Below are positions 33,801 to 46,000 of a DNA stretch of 64,000 nucleotides, piece by piece. How positions within the stretch are numbered: position 1 is the first letter of the stretch; the number at the start of each line of letters is the position of its first letter. Both the position numbers and the translations under genes were made by a program. The notes below the pieces were generated by a model, which saw only the letters and a program-made list of their open reading frames with translations, ran no database searches and was not told where the DNA came from. The DNA is from Ranitomeya imitator (lineage: Eukaryota): the NCBI RefSeq assembly GCF_032444005.1, contig NC_091288.1, positions 220,720,001 to 220,784,000 of the forward strand, in the 5' to 3' direction.

Positions 33801-36800
33801 TTCCCCCCGTATACCGCGGTGTTTGTACCTCTCTGTAGCCCCCTTTATACTCCCGTTTCCCCCCGTATATCGCGGTGTTTGTACCTGTCTCTGTAGCCCC
33901 CCGTTTCCCCCCTGTATCCCCCCGTATACCGCGGTGCTTGTACCTCTCTGTAGCCCCCATTATACTCCCCTGTATCCCCCCGTATACCGCGGTGCTTGTA
34001 CCTCTCTGTAGCCCCCATTATACTCCCCTGTATCCCCCCGTATACCGCGGTGCTTGTACCTCTCTGTAGCCCCCGTTAGTACCCTGTAGCCCCCCTGTAT
34101 CCCCCCGTATACCGCGGTGCTTGTACCTCTCTGTAGCCCCCATTATACTCCCCTGTATCCCCCCGTATACCGCGGTGCTTGTACCTCTCTGTAGCCCCCT
34201 TTATACTCCCCCGTATCTCCTCCGTTTCCCCCCTGTAGCCCCCCGTATCCCGCGGTGTTTGTACCTCTCTGTAGCCCCCGTTAGTACCCTGTAGCCCCCC
34301 GTTTCCCCCCTGTATCCCCCCGTATACCGCGGGGCTTGTACCTCTCTGTAGCCCCCCGTATTTCCCCCTGTATCCCCCCGTATACCGCGGGGCTTGTACC
34401 TCTCTGTAGCCCCCCGTATTCCCCCCTGTATCCCCCCGTATACCGCGGGGCTTGTACCTCTCTGTAGCCCCCCGTATTCCCCCCTGTATACCGCGGGGCT
34501 TGTACCTCTCTGTAGCCCCCCTGTATCCCCCCGTATACCGCGGGGCTTGTACCTCTCTGTAGCCCCCGTTAGTACCCTGTGTCCCCCCGTATACCGCGGT
34601 GCTTGCACCTCTCTGTAGCCCCCCGTATACCGCGGTGTTTGTACCTCTCTGTATCCCCCCGTATACCGCGGTGCTTGTACCTCTCTGTAGCCCCCCGTTT
34701 CCCCCCTGTATCCCCCCGTATCCCCCCGTATACCGCGGTGCTTGTACCTCTCTGTAGCCCCCGTTAGTACCCTGTAGCCCCCCGTTTCCCCCCGCATACC
34801 GCGGTGCTTGTACCTGTCTCTGTATCCCCCTGTATTCCCCCGTATACCGCGGTGTTTGTACCTCTCTGTAGCCCCCTTTATACTCCCCTGTAGCCCCCCG
34901 TATACCGCGGTGTTTGTACCTCTCTGTAGCCCCCCTGTTTTCCCCCGTATCCCCCCGTATACCGCGGTGTTTGTACCTCTCTGTAGCCCCCCCGTTTCCC
35001 CCCGTATACCGCGGTGCTTGTACCTGTCTCTGTATCCCCCCGTATACCGCGGTGCTTGTACCTGTCTCTGTATCCCCCTGTTTTCCCCCGTATACCGCGG
35101 TGTTTGTACCTCTCTGTAGCCCCCTTTATACTCCCCTGTATCCCCCCGTATACCGCGGTGCTTGTACCTGTCTCTGTAGCCCCCGTTAGTACCCTGTATC
35201 CCCCCGTATACCGCGGTGCTTGTACCTCTCTGTAGCCCCCCGTTTCCCCCCCGTATACCGCGGTGCTTGTACCTGTCTCTGTATCCCCCTGTATACCGCG
35301 GTGTTTGTACCTCTCTGTAGCCCCCTTTATACTCCCCTGTATCCCCCCTTATACCGCGGTGTTTGTACCTCTCTGTAGCCCCCCTGTTTTCCCCCGTATC
35401 CCCCCGTATACCGCGGTGCTTGTACCTCTCTGTATCCCCCTGTATCCCCCCGTATACCGCGGTGTTTGTACCTCTCTGTATCCCCCCGTTTCCCCCCATA
35501 TACCGCGGTGCTTGTACCTGTCTCTGTATCCCCCCGTATACCGCGGTGCTTGTACCTGTCTCTGTATCCCCCTGTATACCGCGGTGTTTGTACCTCTCTG
35601 TAGCCCCCTTTATACTCCCCTGTATCCCCCCTTATACCGCGGTGTTTGTACCTCTCTGTAGCCCCCCTGTTTTCCCCTGTATCCCCCCGTATACCGCGGT
35701 GCTTGTACCTCTCTGTATCCCCCTGTATCCCCCCGTATACCGCGGTGTTTGTACCTCTCTGTATCCCCCCGTTTCCCCCCATATACCGCGGTGCTTGTAC
35801 CTGTCTCTGTATCCCCCCGTATACCGCGGTGCTTGTACCTGTCTCTGTATCCCCCTGTATCCCCCCGTATACCGCGGTGTTTGTACCTCTCTGTAGCCCC
35901 CCGTTTCCCCCCATATACCGCGGTGCTTGTACCAGTCTCTGTATCCCCCCGTATACCGCGGTGCTTGTACCTGTCTCTGTATCCCCCTGTATACCGCGGT
36001 GTTTGTACCTCTCTGTAGCCCCCTTTATACTCCCCTGTATCCCCCCTTATACCGCGGTGCTTGTACCTCTCTGTATCCCCCTGTATCCCCCCGTATACCG
36101 CGGTGTTTGTACCTCTCTGTATCCCCCCGTTTCCCCCACTATACCGCGGTGCTTGTACCTCTCTGTATCCCCCCCTATATCCCCCCGTATCCCGCGGCGT
36201 TTGTACCTGTCTCTGTAGCCCCCCGTATCCCCCCTGTATTCCCCCCGTATCCCGCGGTGCTTGTACGTCTCTGTAGCCCCCGTTAGTACCCTGTAGCCCC
36301 CCGTTTCCCCCCGTATACCGCGGTGTTTGTACCTCTCTGTAGCCCCCTTTATACTCCCGTATCCCCCCGTATATCGCGGTGCTTGTACCTGTCTCTGTAG
36401 CCCCCTGTATTCCCCCTGTATCCCCCCGTTTCCCCCCGTATACCGCGGTGTTTGTACCTCTCTGTAGCCCCCTTTATACTCCCGTTTCCCCCCGTATATC
36501 GCGGTGTTTGTACCTGTCTCTGTAGCCCCCCGTTTCCCCCCTGTATCCCCCCGTATACCGCGGTGCTTGTACCTCTCTGTAGCCCCCATTATACTCCCCT
36601 GTATCCCCCCGTATACCGCGGTGCTTGTACCTCTCTGTAGCCCCCATTATACTCCCCTGTATCCCCCCGTATACCGCGGTGCTTGTACCTCTCTGTAGCC
36701 CCCGTTAGTACCCTGTAGCCCCCCTGTATCCCCCCGTATACCGCGGTGCTTGTACCTCTCTGTAGCCCCCATTATACTCCCCTGTATCCCCCCGTATACC

Positions 36801-39430
36801 GCGGTGCTTGTACCTCTCTGTAGCCCCCTTTATACTCCCCCGTATCTCCTCTGTTTCCCCCCTGTAGCCCCCCGTATCCCGCGGTGTTTGTACCTCTCTG
36901 TAGCCCCCGTTAGTACCCTGTAGCCCCCCGTTTCCCCCCTGTATCCCCCCGTATACCGCGGGGCTTGTACCTCTCTGTAGCCCCCCGTATTTCCCCCTGT
37001 ATCCCCCCGTATACCGCGGGGCTTGTACCTCTCTGTAGCCCCCCGTATTCCCCCGTATACCGCGGGGCTTGTACCTCTCTGTAGCCCCCCGTATTCCCCC
37101 CTGTATCCCCCCGTATACCGCGGGGCTTGTACCTCTCTGTAGCCCCCCTGTATCCCCCCGTATACCGCGGTGCTTGCACCTCTCTGTAGCCCCCCGTATA
37201 CCGCGGTGTTTGTACCTCTCTGTATCCCCCCGTATACCGCGGTGCTTGTACCTCTCTGTAGCCCCCCGTTTCCCCCCTGTATCCCCCCGTATACCGCGGT
37301 GCTTGTACCTCTCTGTAGCCCCCGTTAGTACCCTGTAGCCCCTCGTTTCCCCCCTGTATCCCCCCTGTATCCCCCCCGTATACCGCGGTGCTTGTACCTC
37401 TCTGTAGCCCCCGTTAGTACCCTGTAGCCCCCCGTTTCCCCCCTGTATCCCCCCGTATCCCCCCTGTATCCCCCCGTATACCGCGGTGCTTGTACCTCTC
37501 TGTAGCCCCCCGTTTCCCCCCTGTATCCCCCCGTATACCGCGGTGCTTGTACCTCTCTGTAGCCCCCCGTATTCCCCCCTGTATCCCCCCGTATCCCCCC
37601 GTATACCGCGGTGCTTGTACCTCTCTGTAGCCCCCCGTTTCCCCCCTGTATCCCCCCGTATACCGCGGTGTTTGTACCTCTCTGTAGCCCCCGTTAGTAC
37701 CCTGTATCCCCCCGTATTCCCCCTGTATACCGCGGTGCTTGTACCTCTCTGTAGCCCCCGTTAGTACCCTGTATCCCCCCGTATTCCCCCTGTATACCGC
37801 GGTGCTTGTACCTCTCTGTAGCCCCCCGTATTCCCCCTGTATCCCCCCGTATACCGCGGTGCTTGTACCTCTCTGTAGCCCCCCGTATTCCCCCTGTATC
37901 CCCCCGTATACCGCGGTGCTTGTACCTCTCTGTAGCCCCCCGTATTCCCCCGTATACCGCGGGGCTTGTACCTCTCTGTAGCCCCCCGTATTTCCCCCTG
38001 TATCCCCCCGTATACCGCGGGGCTTGTACCTCTCTGTAGCCCCCCTGTATCCCCCCGTATACCGCGGTGCTTGCACCTCTCTGTAGCCCCCCGTATACCG
38101 CGGTGTTTGTACCTCTCTGTATCCCCCCGTATACCGCGGTGCTTGTACCTCTCTGTAGCCCCCCGTTTCCCCCCTGTATCCCCCCGTATCCCCCCGTATA
38201 CCGCGGTGCTTGTACCTCTCTGTAGCCCCCGTTAGTACCCTGTAGCCCCCCGTTTCCCCCCTGTATCCCCCCGTATACCGCGGTGCTTGTACCTCTCTGT
38301 AGCCCCCGTTAGTACCCTGTAGCCCCCCGTTTCCCCCCTGTATCCCCCCGTATACCGCGGTGCTTGTACCTCTCTGTAGCCCCCGTTAGTACCCTGTAGC
38401 CCCCCGTTTCCCCCCTGTATCCCCCCGTATACCGCGGTGCTTGTACCTCTCTGTATCCCCCCTGTATCCCCCCGTATACCGCGGTGCTTGTACCTCTCTG
38501 TATCCCCCCTGTATCCCCCCGTATACCGCGGTGTTTGTACCTCTCTGTAGCCCCTGTATCCCCCCTGTATCCCCCTGTATCCCCCCTGTATCCCCCCGTA
38601 TACCGCGGTGCTTGTACCTGTCTCTGTAGCCCCCTGTATCCCCCTGTATCCCCCCGTATACCGCGGTGCTTGTACCTGTCTCTGTAGCCCCCTGTATCCC
38701 CCTGTATCCCCCCGTATACCGCGGTGCTTGTACCTCTCTGTATCCCCCCTGTATCCCCCCGTATACCGCGGTGTTTGTACCTCTCTGTAGCCCCTGTATC
38801 CCCCCTGTATCCCCCCTGTATCCCCCCGTATACCGCGGTGCTTGTACCTGTCTCTGTAGCCCCCGTTAGTACCCTGTAGCCCCCCGTTAGTACCCTGTAT
38901 CCCCCCGTTTCCCCCCTGTATCCCCCCGTATACCGCGGGGCTTGTACCTCTCTGTAGCCCCCCGTTTCCCCCCTGTATCCCCCCGTATTCCCCCTGTATC
39001 CCCCCGTATACCGCGGGGCTTGTACCTCTCTGTAGCCCCCTGTATCCCCCCTGTATCCCCCCTGTATCCCCCCGTTTCCCCCCTGTATCCCCCCGTATAC
39101 CGCGGTGCTTGTACCTCTCTGTAGCCCCCTGTATCCCCCCTGTAGCCCCCCGTTTCCCCCCTGTATCCCCCCGTATACCGCGGGGCTTGTACCTCTCTGT
39201 AGCCCCCCGTTTCCCCCCTGTATCCCCCCGTATACCGCGGTGCTTGTACCTCTCTGTAGCCCCCCGTATTCCCCCCTGTATCCCCCCGTATCCCCCCGTA
39301 TACCGCGGTGCTTGTACCTCTCTGTAGCCCCCCGTTTCCCCCCTGTATCCCCCCGTATACCGCGGTGTTTGTACCTCTCTGTAGCCCCCCGTATTCCCCC
39401 TGTATCCCCCCGTATACCGCGGGGCTTGTA
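30820..39430. repeat. 8.6-kb C-rich, CpG-rich variable minisatellite with higher-order duplications
   Basis: Core GTATACCGCGGTG(C/T)TTGTACCTCTCTGTAGCCCC interleaved with CCCCCGTTT/CCCCCTGTAT modules; identical ORFs recur at a 2629-bp offset. Confidence 0.95.
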
Positions 39431-39889
39431 CCTGTTTCTTTCTCTCCTCAGTTTGCAGGAAGCAGGACTAGAAAGTGAAAGTCTCCTGGCTCCGCCCCCG
39501 GCGCTGTGATTGGTGGAGGCTCGTGCAGGGGGCGGGGCTTTCATTGTATCCTTTGCCTGATACATTGTATCCACAGCTGCTCGCTGTTACTTTCTGCTGT
39601 TAACCCTTCGTCCTCCGTGCCAGTCTCCCCCGCGGTCCGCCCTCAGTGCCGGGATCTCAGCGGCTCCTCAGGTCACTGCTGTGAGCTCTGCTGCTCCACC
39701 AGCTGATGTTAGGTTTGTGTTCATGCGGATTGTACCTAAATGCTGGTGGAGATATCGGAGCCCCCTGTGTGAGGAGAGGTCGGCTCCGGATAATCCCCCT
39801 ACACTGCAGCAGGTGGGAGCTCAGTCATCAGCTCAGGGGGCTTCTGTCCCCCACTCTCCCCACTATACTGCTGTCAAAAGATAAAGCTG

Positions 39890-40182
39890 ACGACATGTCT
39901 GCCAGAAATCCGCATGCATTTTTTGCGCGCTTTTGATGCGTTTTTTTCCGTTTTTTCCAAATGCATAGAATAGCGGGAAAAACGTGAAAAAAACGCAAAA
40001 TTAATGAACATGCTGCTTTTTTTTTACCGCAATGCAATTTTTTTTTGCAGAAAAAACGCATCATGTGCACAAAAATTGCAGAATTAATTCTAAATGATAG
40101 GATGCATAATGTATGCTGTTTTTAAGGAGTTTTTATCGTGAAAAAAACCCGCGAAAAAAACCTGAACGTGTGCACATAGCCT
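39890..40182. mobile_element. Right arm of a non-autonomous DNA transposon (AGGCTATGTGCACAC-type TIR)
   Basis: Ends CGTGTGCACATAGCCT; internal imperfect palindromes rich in GCATTTTT/AAAAACGCA. Confidence 0.55.
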
Positions 40183-40427
40183 TACTCTGGTTTTGGCAAA
40201 CTATTTCACAGTGGGAGGGGCTTAGTATAATGGGCGTGGCCTACAGGAAATATCCGCTATTTATCTCAGAAATCTCTGCCCAAACCTACATCGGCCAATC
40301 ACATTTCTGCTGCATGTAGAGGCGAAGCGTAAGTGTATAGAAAGCATCCGCCTCATTGTGAAGGGATCATATTGTACTAAGTCCAGCCGGGGAGAACGCG
40401 GGCGAAATGTCACCGGTGGGCACAGAC

Positions 40428-41560
40428 AGAAGAGGCCCCTGTGCAGACCACTCAGGAGAGGCCCCTGTGCAGACCGCTCAGAAGAGGCCCCTGTGCAGAC
40501 CCCTCAGGAGAGGCCCCTGTGCAGACCGCTCAGGAGAGGCCCAGTGCAGACCGCTCAGAAGAGGCCCCAGTGCAGACCGCTCAGGAGAGGCCCCAGTGCA
40601 GACCGCTCAGGAGAGGCCCCAGTGCAGACCGCTCAGGAGAGGCCCCTGTGCAGACCGCTCAGGAGAGGCCCCTGTGCAGACCGCTCAGGAGAGGCCCCTG
40701 TGCAGACCGCTCAGGAGAGGCCCCTGTGCAGACCCCTCAGGAGAGGCCCCTGTGCAGACCGCTCAGGAGAGGCCCCTGTGCAGACCCCTCAGGAGAGGCC
40801 CCTGTGCAGACCGCTCAGGAGAGGCCCCTGTGCAGACCCCTCAGGAGAGGCCCCTGTGCAGACCCCTCAGGAGAGGCCCCTGTGCAGACCGCTCAGGAGA
40901 GGCCCCTGTGCAGACCCCTCAGGAGAGGCCCCTGTGCAGACCGCTCAGGAGAGGCCCAGTGCAGACCGCTCAGAAGAGGCCCCAGTGCAGACCGCTCAGG
41001 AGAGGCCCCTGTGCAGACCGCTCAGGAGAGGCCCCTGTGCAGACCGCTCAGGAGAGGCCCCTGTGCAGACCGCTCAGGAGAGGCCCCTGTGCAGACCGCT
41101 CAGGAGAGGCCCCTGTGCAGACCCCTCAGGAGAGGCCCCTGTGCAGACCGCTCAGGAGAGGCCCCTGTGCAGACCCCTCAGGAGAGGCCCCTGTGCAGAC
41201 CGCTCAGGAGAGGCCCCTGTGCAGACCCCTCAGGAGAGGCCCCTGTGCAGACCCCTCAGGAGAGGCCCCTGTGCAGACCCCTCAGGAGAGGCCCCTGTGC
41301 AGACCGCTCAGGAGAGGCCCCTGTGCAGACCGCTCAGGAGAGGCCCCTGTGCAGACCGCTCAGGAGAGGCCCCAGTGCAGACCCCTCAGGAGAGGCCCCT
41401 GTGCAGACCGCTCAGGAGAGGCCCCTGTGCAGACCGCTCAGGAGAGGCCCCTGTGCAGACCGCTCAGGAGAGGCCCCTGTGCAGACCGCTCAGGTGAGGC
41501 CCCTGTGCAGACCGCTCAGGAGAGGCCCCTGTGCAGACGGCTCAGGAGAGGCCCCTGTGC
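40428..41560. repeat. 27-bp minisatellite
   Basis: Unit CAGGAGAGGCCCCTGTGCAGACCGCT(C), ~41 copies. Confidence 0.95.
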
Positions 41561-41706
41561 AGTGGTAGTGGTCCCTTATCTCTTGGGCCCCTGTGCAGTG
41601 GCACAGTGTCTGCTGCTTGTGCTGTGCAGTGACTGAGCCCCGTGCCCGTCCTATATGTATTGCCATAAATACACCGCCACTTAGTGGCCGGGTCTGATGT
41701 AGAAAC

Positions 41707-42463
41707 TAGTGATGAGTGATTATACTCGTTGCTCGGGGGTCCTCTGAGTATTTGTTAGTGTTCGGAGATTTTGTTTTCCTCACCTCTGCTGAATGATTTA
41801 CAGCTACTAGCCAGCCTGAGTACATGTGGGGGATGTCTGGTTGCTAGGGAATCTCCACATGTAATCAAGCTGGCTAGTAACTGTAAATCATTCAGCTGAG
41901 GTGAGGAAAACTAAATCTCCGAACAGATGAGTGATGACAGAAAAACGACTGGTACATCCAAACTAGTGTGAATAGGGGCAGACCAGGAGCAGCTACCTCC
42001 TTATATAATATACAAAAAAGGTTGCACTCTATCGTGCCAAAGCATTGTCTAATATGGAATACATGAAATATGAATAGCAAAATGGCTTTTGAACATTAGG
42101 AAAATATATTTGAGAGACGCTTTGCACAGAATTTGGCCAAATAGTGTGAGCCCATCAACCATCGTCAAGGTGGTCTCATTAATCTGAAGGGTCTCTGACA
42201 TGGTGACGGGAGGAGTGCTCAGTCAGTAGGCTAACATTGGCCTTCAGTAAGTGTTCACATTTGGACAGGGACCCATCAGTTTTGCGTCTCTCAAATATTT
42301 TCCTAATGTTCAAAAGCCATTTTGCTATTCATATTTCATGTATTCCATATTAGACATGCTTTGGCACGATAGAGTGCAACCTTTTCTGAACAGTTACAAA
42401 TACTCGGAGACCCCCGAGCGTGCTCCGGAAAACCCGAGGAACGACTACTCTCGCTCATCACTA
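41707..42463. mobile_element. MITE with TAGTGATGAG(C)G TIRs, interrupted by a second element
   Basis: Ends TAGTGATGAGTGA / TCGCTCATCACTA; internal hairpin at 41760-41925. Confidence 0.75.
42016..42385. mobile_element. Nested MITE with ~105-bp TIRs
   Basis: AAAAGGTTGCACTCTATCGTGCCAAAGCA...GAGAGACGC is mirrored at 42284-42385. Confidence 0.85.
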
Positions 42464-42774
42464 GTAAAAGCCTAATTTTAATCACCGAGTATTTCCTTTT
42501 CCAGTTTCAGTTGGGGTCCCTTAATGTAGCCCCCCATGAATGAGCTGCAGTGGCAGTGACTATACAGAGCCTCCCTCTGTGGGGGTCCCGGCGTCTCCCA
42601 GCATTACACAGGTGATGCCTTGGCTTCGTTTCTCCTGGGGGGGGGGGAGTGCGCTGCAGGGAAGCTCAGCTTCGGATTGTCCGGGTTCCCAGCTCTACCA
42701 GATCTGTCATGAAGAGAGCGATTACATTTTCAGCAGCACAGAGGGTTTAAGAAAGAATGGTAAAAATAAAGGCT

Positions 42775-43090
42775 GAGAGGGCGGGCGGTCCCAGCGGAGT
42801 CAGTGCGCTGCGCCTATTAATAGCTCCGTGTATCTGGACAGACGTCACATCTGATTGTCAGCTCCGCGGATGTTCTCCAGGAACCGGCTCTTCAGGTTAC
42901 GGGGGGTGATCACGTCACAGGGCGACAATACTGATCCGTGGGGCTCGTTCCTGAGACCGCAGGGCGAGGTGCAGCGTCATCTATCTGCTGGAAATGTGCA
43001 TTCAGGGCAGAAACTGGTTACCCCACATTCCCCCGAGACCGGCGGCGGAAGATCCGATAGTGGTCAGCGAGCGCAGAGCCGGAGCCGAGG
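42775..43090 (+). promoter_or_regulatory. Candidate promoter/5' UTR of the protease gene
   Basis: CpG-rich; GC box GGGCGG near 42780, TATTAATA near 42815, CRE-like GACGTCA near 42841, all upstream of ATG 43091. Confidence 0.3.
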
Positions 43091-46000
43091 ATGAACTCAC
43101 CGCCAGCGGCCTGGAGCCTGAGCCTGATCCTGGTCCTGCTGGGTGAGCGACCCGAGACCTCAACCATCTGTCTGTCTNNNNNNNNNNNNNNNNNNNNNNN
43201 NNNNNNNNNNNNNNNNNNNNNNNNNNNNNNNNNNNNNNNNNNNNNNNNNNNNNNNNNNNNNNNNNNNNNNNNNNNNNNNNNNNNNNNNNNNNNNNNNNNN
43301 NNNNNNNNNNATCTCTCTATTATCTNNNNNNNNNNNNNNNNNNNNNNNNNNNNNNNNNNNNNNNNNNNNNNNNNNNNNNNNNNNNNNNNNNNNNNNNNNN
43401 NNNNNNNNNNNNNNNNNNNNNNNNNNNNNNNNNNNNNNNNNNNNNNNNNNNNNNNNNNNNNNNNNNNNNNNNNNNNNNNNNNNNNNNNNNNNNNNNNNNN
43501 NNNNNNNNNNNNNNNNNNNNNNNNNNNNNNNNNNNNNNNNNNNNNNNNNNNNNNNNNNNNNNNNNNNNNNNNNNNNNNNNNNNNNNNNNNNNNNNNNNNN
43601 NNNTGCATCACAGCACCGACCAGCAGAGATGAATCTTTCTGACCATTGGCGCCTTCCGCCGTCTCCCCTGGTCCCGCCGTGTGTTATGGATCACGTCACT
43701 GTTGCATTCTGGGGATTCTGTAACTTGCTGCTAAGTCCTTTCCCTATTCGGTGCCTTCCATACTCTGCACTGGCCGCTTTGTGTTCCTTGAGAAAGATCC
43801 ACTCGTAGGACGAAACGTCGCCACATGGGCTAATAAATAGCTCCGCGATACTTGCTCTATGGCGCTGCTTCTACTTTTCTTCTATTATGTGTCTCTCTTC
43901 ATGCTGATTCTTTGTCGCCGTCTCTTACATCTTGGATACTTTATCCTTGGAGGAGGCTAAATGTTAATTTAACCCTTTATTTCCCACCTGCAGGGACTTT
44001 TGGCGTTTGTTCATCTACACAAGGTGAGTCCAGACCTACAATTGTCTACAGATCAGAAAAACTAATATCAGATGTATAAGGGTTTATGTGTGCTGTAAGT
44101 GTGCGTCACCCACAGATCCCCCATAACAGCGCGTCACCCACAGATCCCCCATAACAGCGCGTCACCCACAGATCCCCCATAACAGCGCGTCACCCACAGA
44201 TCCCCCATAACAGTGCGTCATCCACAGATCCCCCATAACAGTGCGTCACCCACAGATCCCCCATAACAGCGCGTCACCCACAGATCCCCCATAACAATGC
44301 GTCATCCACAGATCCCCCATAACAGTGCGTCACCCACAGATCCCCCATAACAGCGCGTCACCCACAGATCCCCCATAACAGCGCATTACCCACAGATCCC
44401 CCCATAACAGTGCGTCACCCACAGATCCCCCATAACAGTGCGTCACCCACAGATCCCCCATAACAGTGCGTCACCCACAGATCCCCCATAAGTGTGTCAT
44501 CCACAGATCCCCCATAACAGTGCGTCACCCACAGATCCCCCATAACAGTGCATCATCCACAGATCCCCCATAACAGTGCATCATCCACAGATCCCCCATA
44601 ACAGTGCGTCACCCACAGATCCCCCATAACAGTGCGTCACCCACAGATCCCCCATAAGTGTGTCATCCACAGATCCCCCATAACAGTGCGTCACCCACAG
44701 ATCCCCCATAACAGTGCGTCACCCACAGATCCCCCATAACAGTGCGTCACCCACAGATCCCCCATAACAGTGCATCATCCACAGATCCCCCATAACAGTG
44801 CATCATCCACAGATCCCCCATAACAGTGCATCATCCACAGATCCCCCATAACAGTGCGTCACCCACAGATCCCCCATAACAGTGCGTCACCCACAGATCC
44901 CCCATAAGTGTGTCATCCACAGATCCCCCATAACAGTGCGTCACCCACAGATCCCCCATAACAGTGCGTCACCCACAGATCCCCCATAACAGTGCGTCAC
45001 CCACAGATCCCCCATAACAGAGCGTCCTCCACAGATCCCCCATAAGTGTGTCATCCACAGATCCCCCATAACAGTGCGTCACCCACAGATCCCCCATAAC
45101 AGTGCGTCATCCACAGATCCCCCATAACAGAGCGTCCTTTACAGATCCCTATAACAGAGTGTCACCCACAGATCCCCCATAACAGTGCGTCCTCCACAGA
45201 TCCCCCATAACAGAGCGTCCTTCACAGATCCCCCATAACAGTGCATCCTCCACAGATCCCCCATAACAATGCATCATCCACAGATCCCCCATAACAATGC
45301 ATCATCCACAGATCCCCCATAACAGTGCGTCATCCACAGATCCCCCATAACAATGCATCATCCACAAATCCCCCATAACAGTGCGTCATCCACAGATCCC
45401 CCATAACAGTGCGTCACCCACAGATCCCCCTGATAATCCTTGCCTCACAATAACTCTGTTTTCCGGTACTGAATGTCCTGTGTGATGATTTCGGCCGTGT
45501 GTCCCGTTCTATAAGACATTTCGACGCTCGTTCATTTCACTTGTTCTTTCTTGTGATAGTAAAATAATTATCAGCGACCAGATCCAGTAATAAAACCGAG
45601 GGAAATGTAAAGTATGAACCGATTAATACCGCATCATCCTGTGCCAGGAAACTGAGCCTGCAGGTCATACTGAAATAAATAGTGCCGCACCCATACACGG
45701 TGATAAGGGAACATGAAATAACCGGAGGAAGAAGACGTCATGTGATCACAAGAATCCAGAGAGTCAGGGAGGACACAAACTGCCAACTACAACACAGTCA
45801 CACATGGGGGGCAGTATTATAGTAGTTATATTCTTGTACATAGGGGCAGTATTATAGTAGTTATATTCTTGTACATAGGGGCAGTATTATAGTAGTTATA
45901 TTCTTGTACATAGGAGCAGTATTATAGTAGTTATATTCTTGTACATAGGAGCGGTATTATAGTAGTTATATTCTTGTACATAGGAGCAGTATTATAGTAG

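Noticed and set aside
28316-41636. Pro/Tyr/Gly-rich ORFs of 120-520 aa
   Set aside because: Products of C-rich and 27-bp minisatellites.
43018-43808. ORFs spanning the N run
   Set aside because: Open only because of Ns; the real exon 1 ends at the GT donor at 43143.
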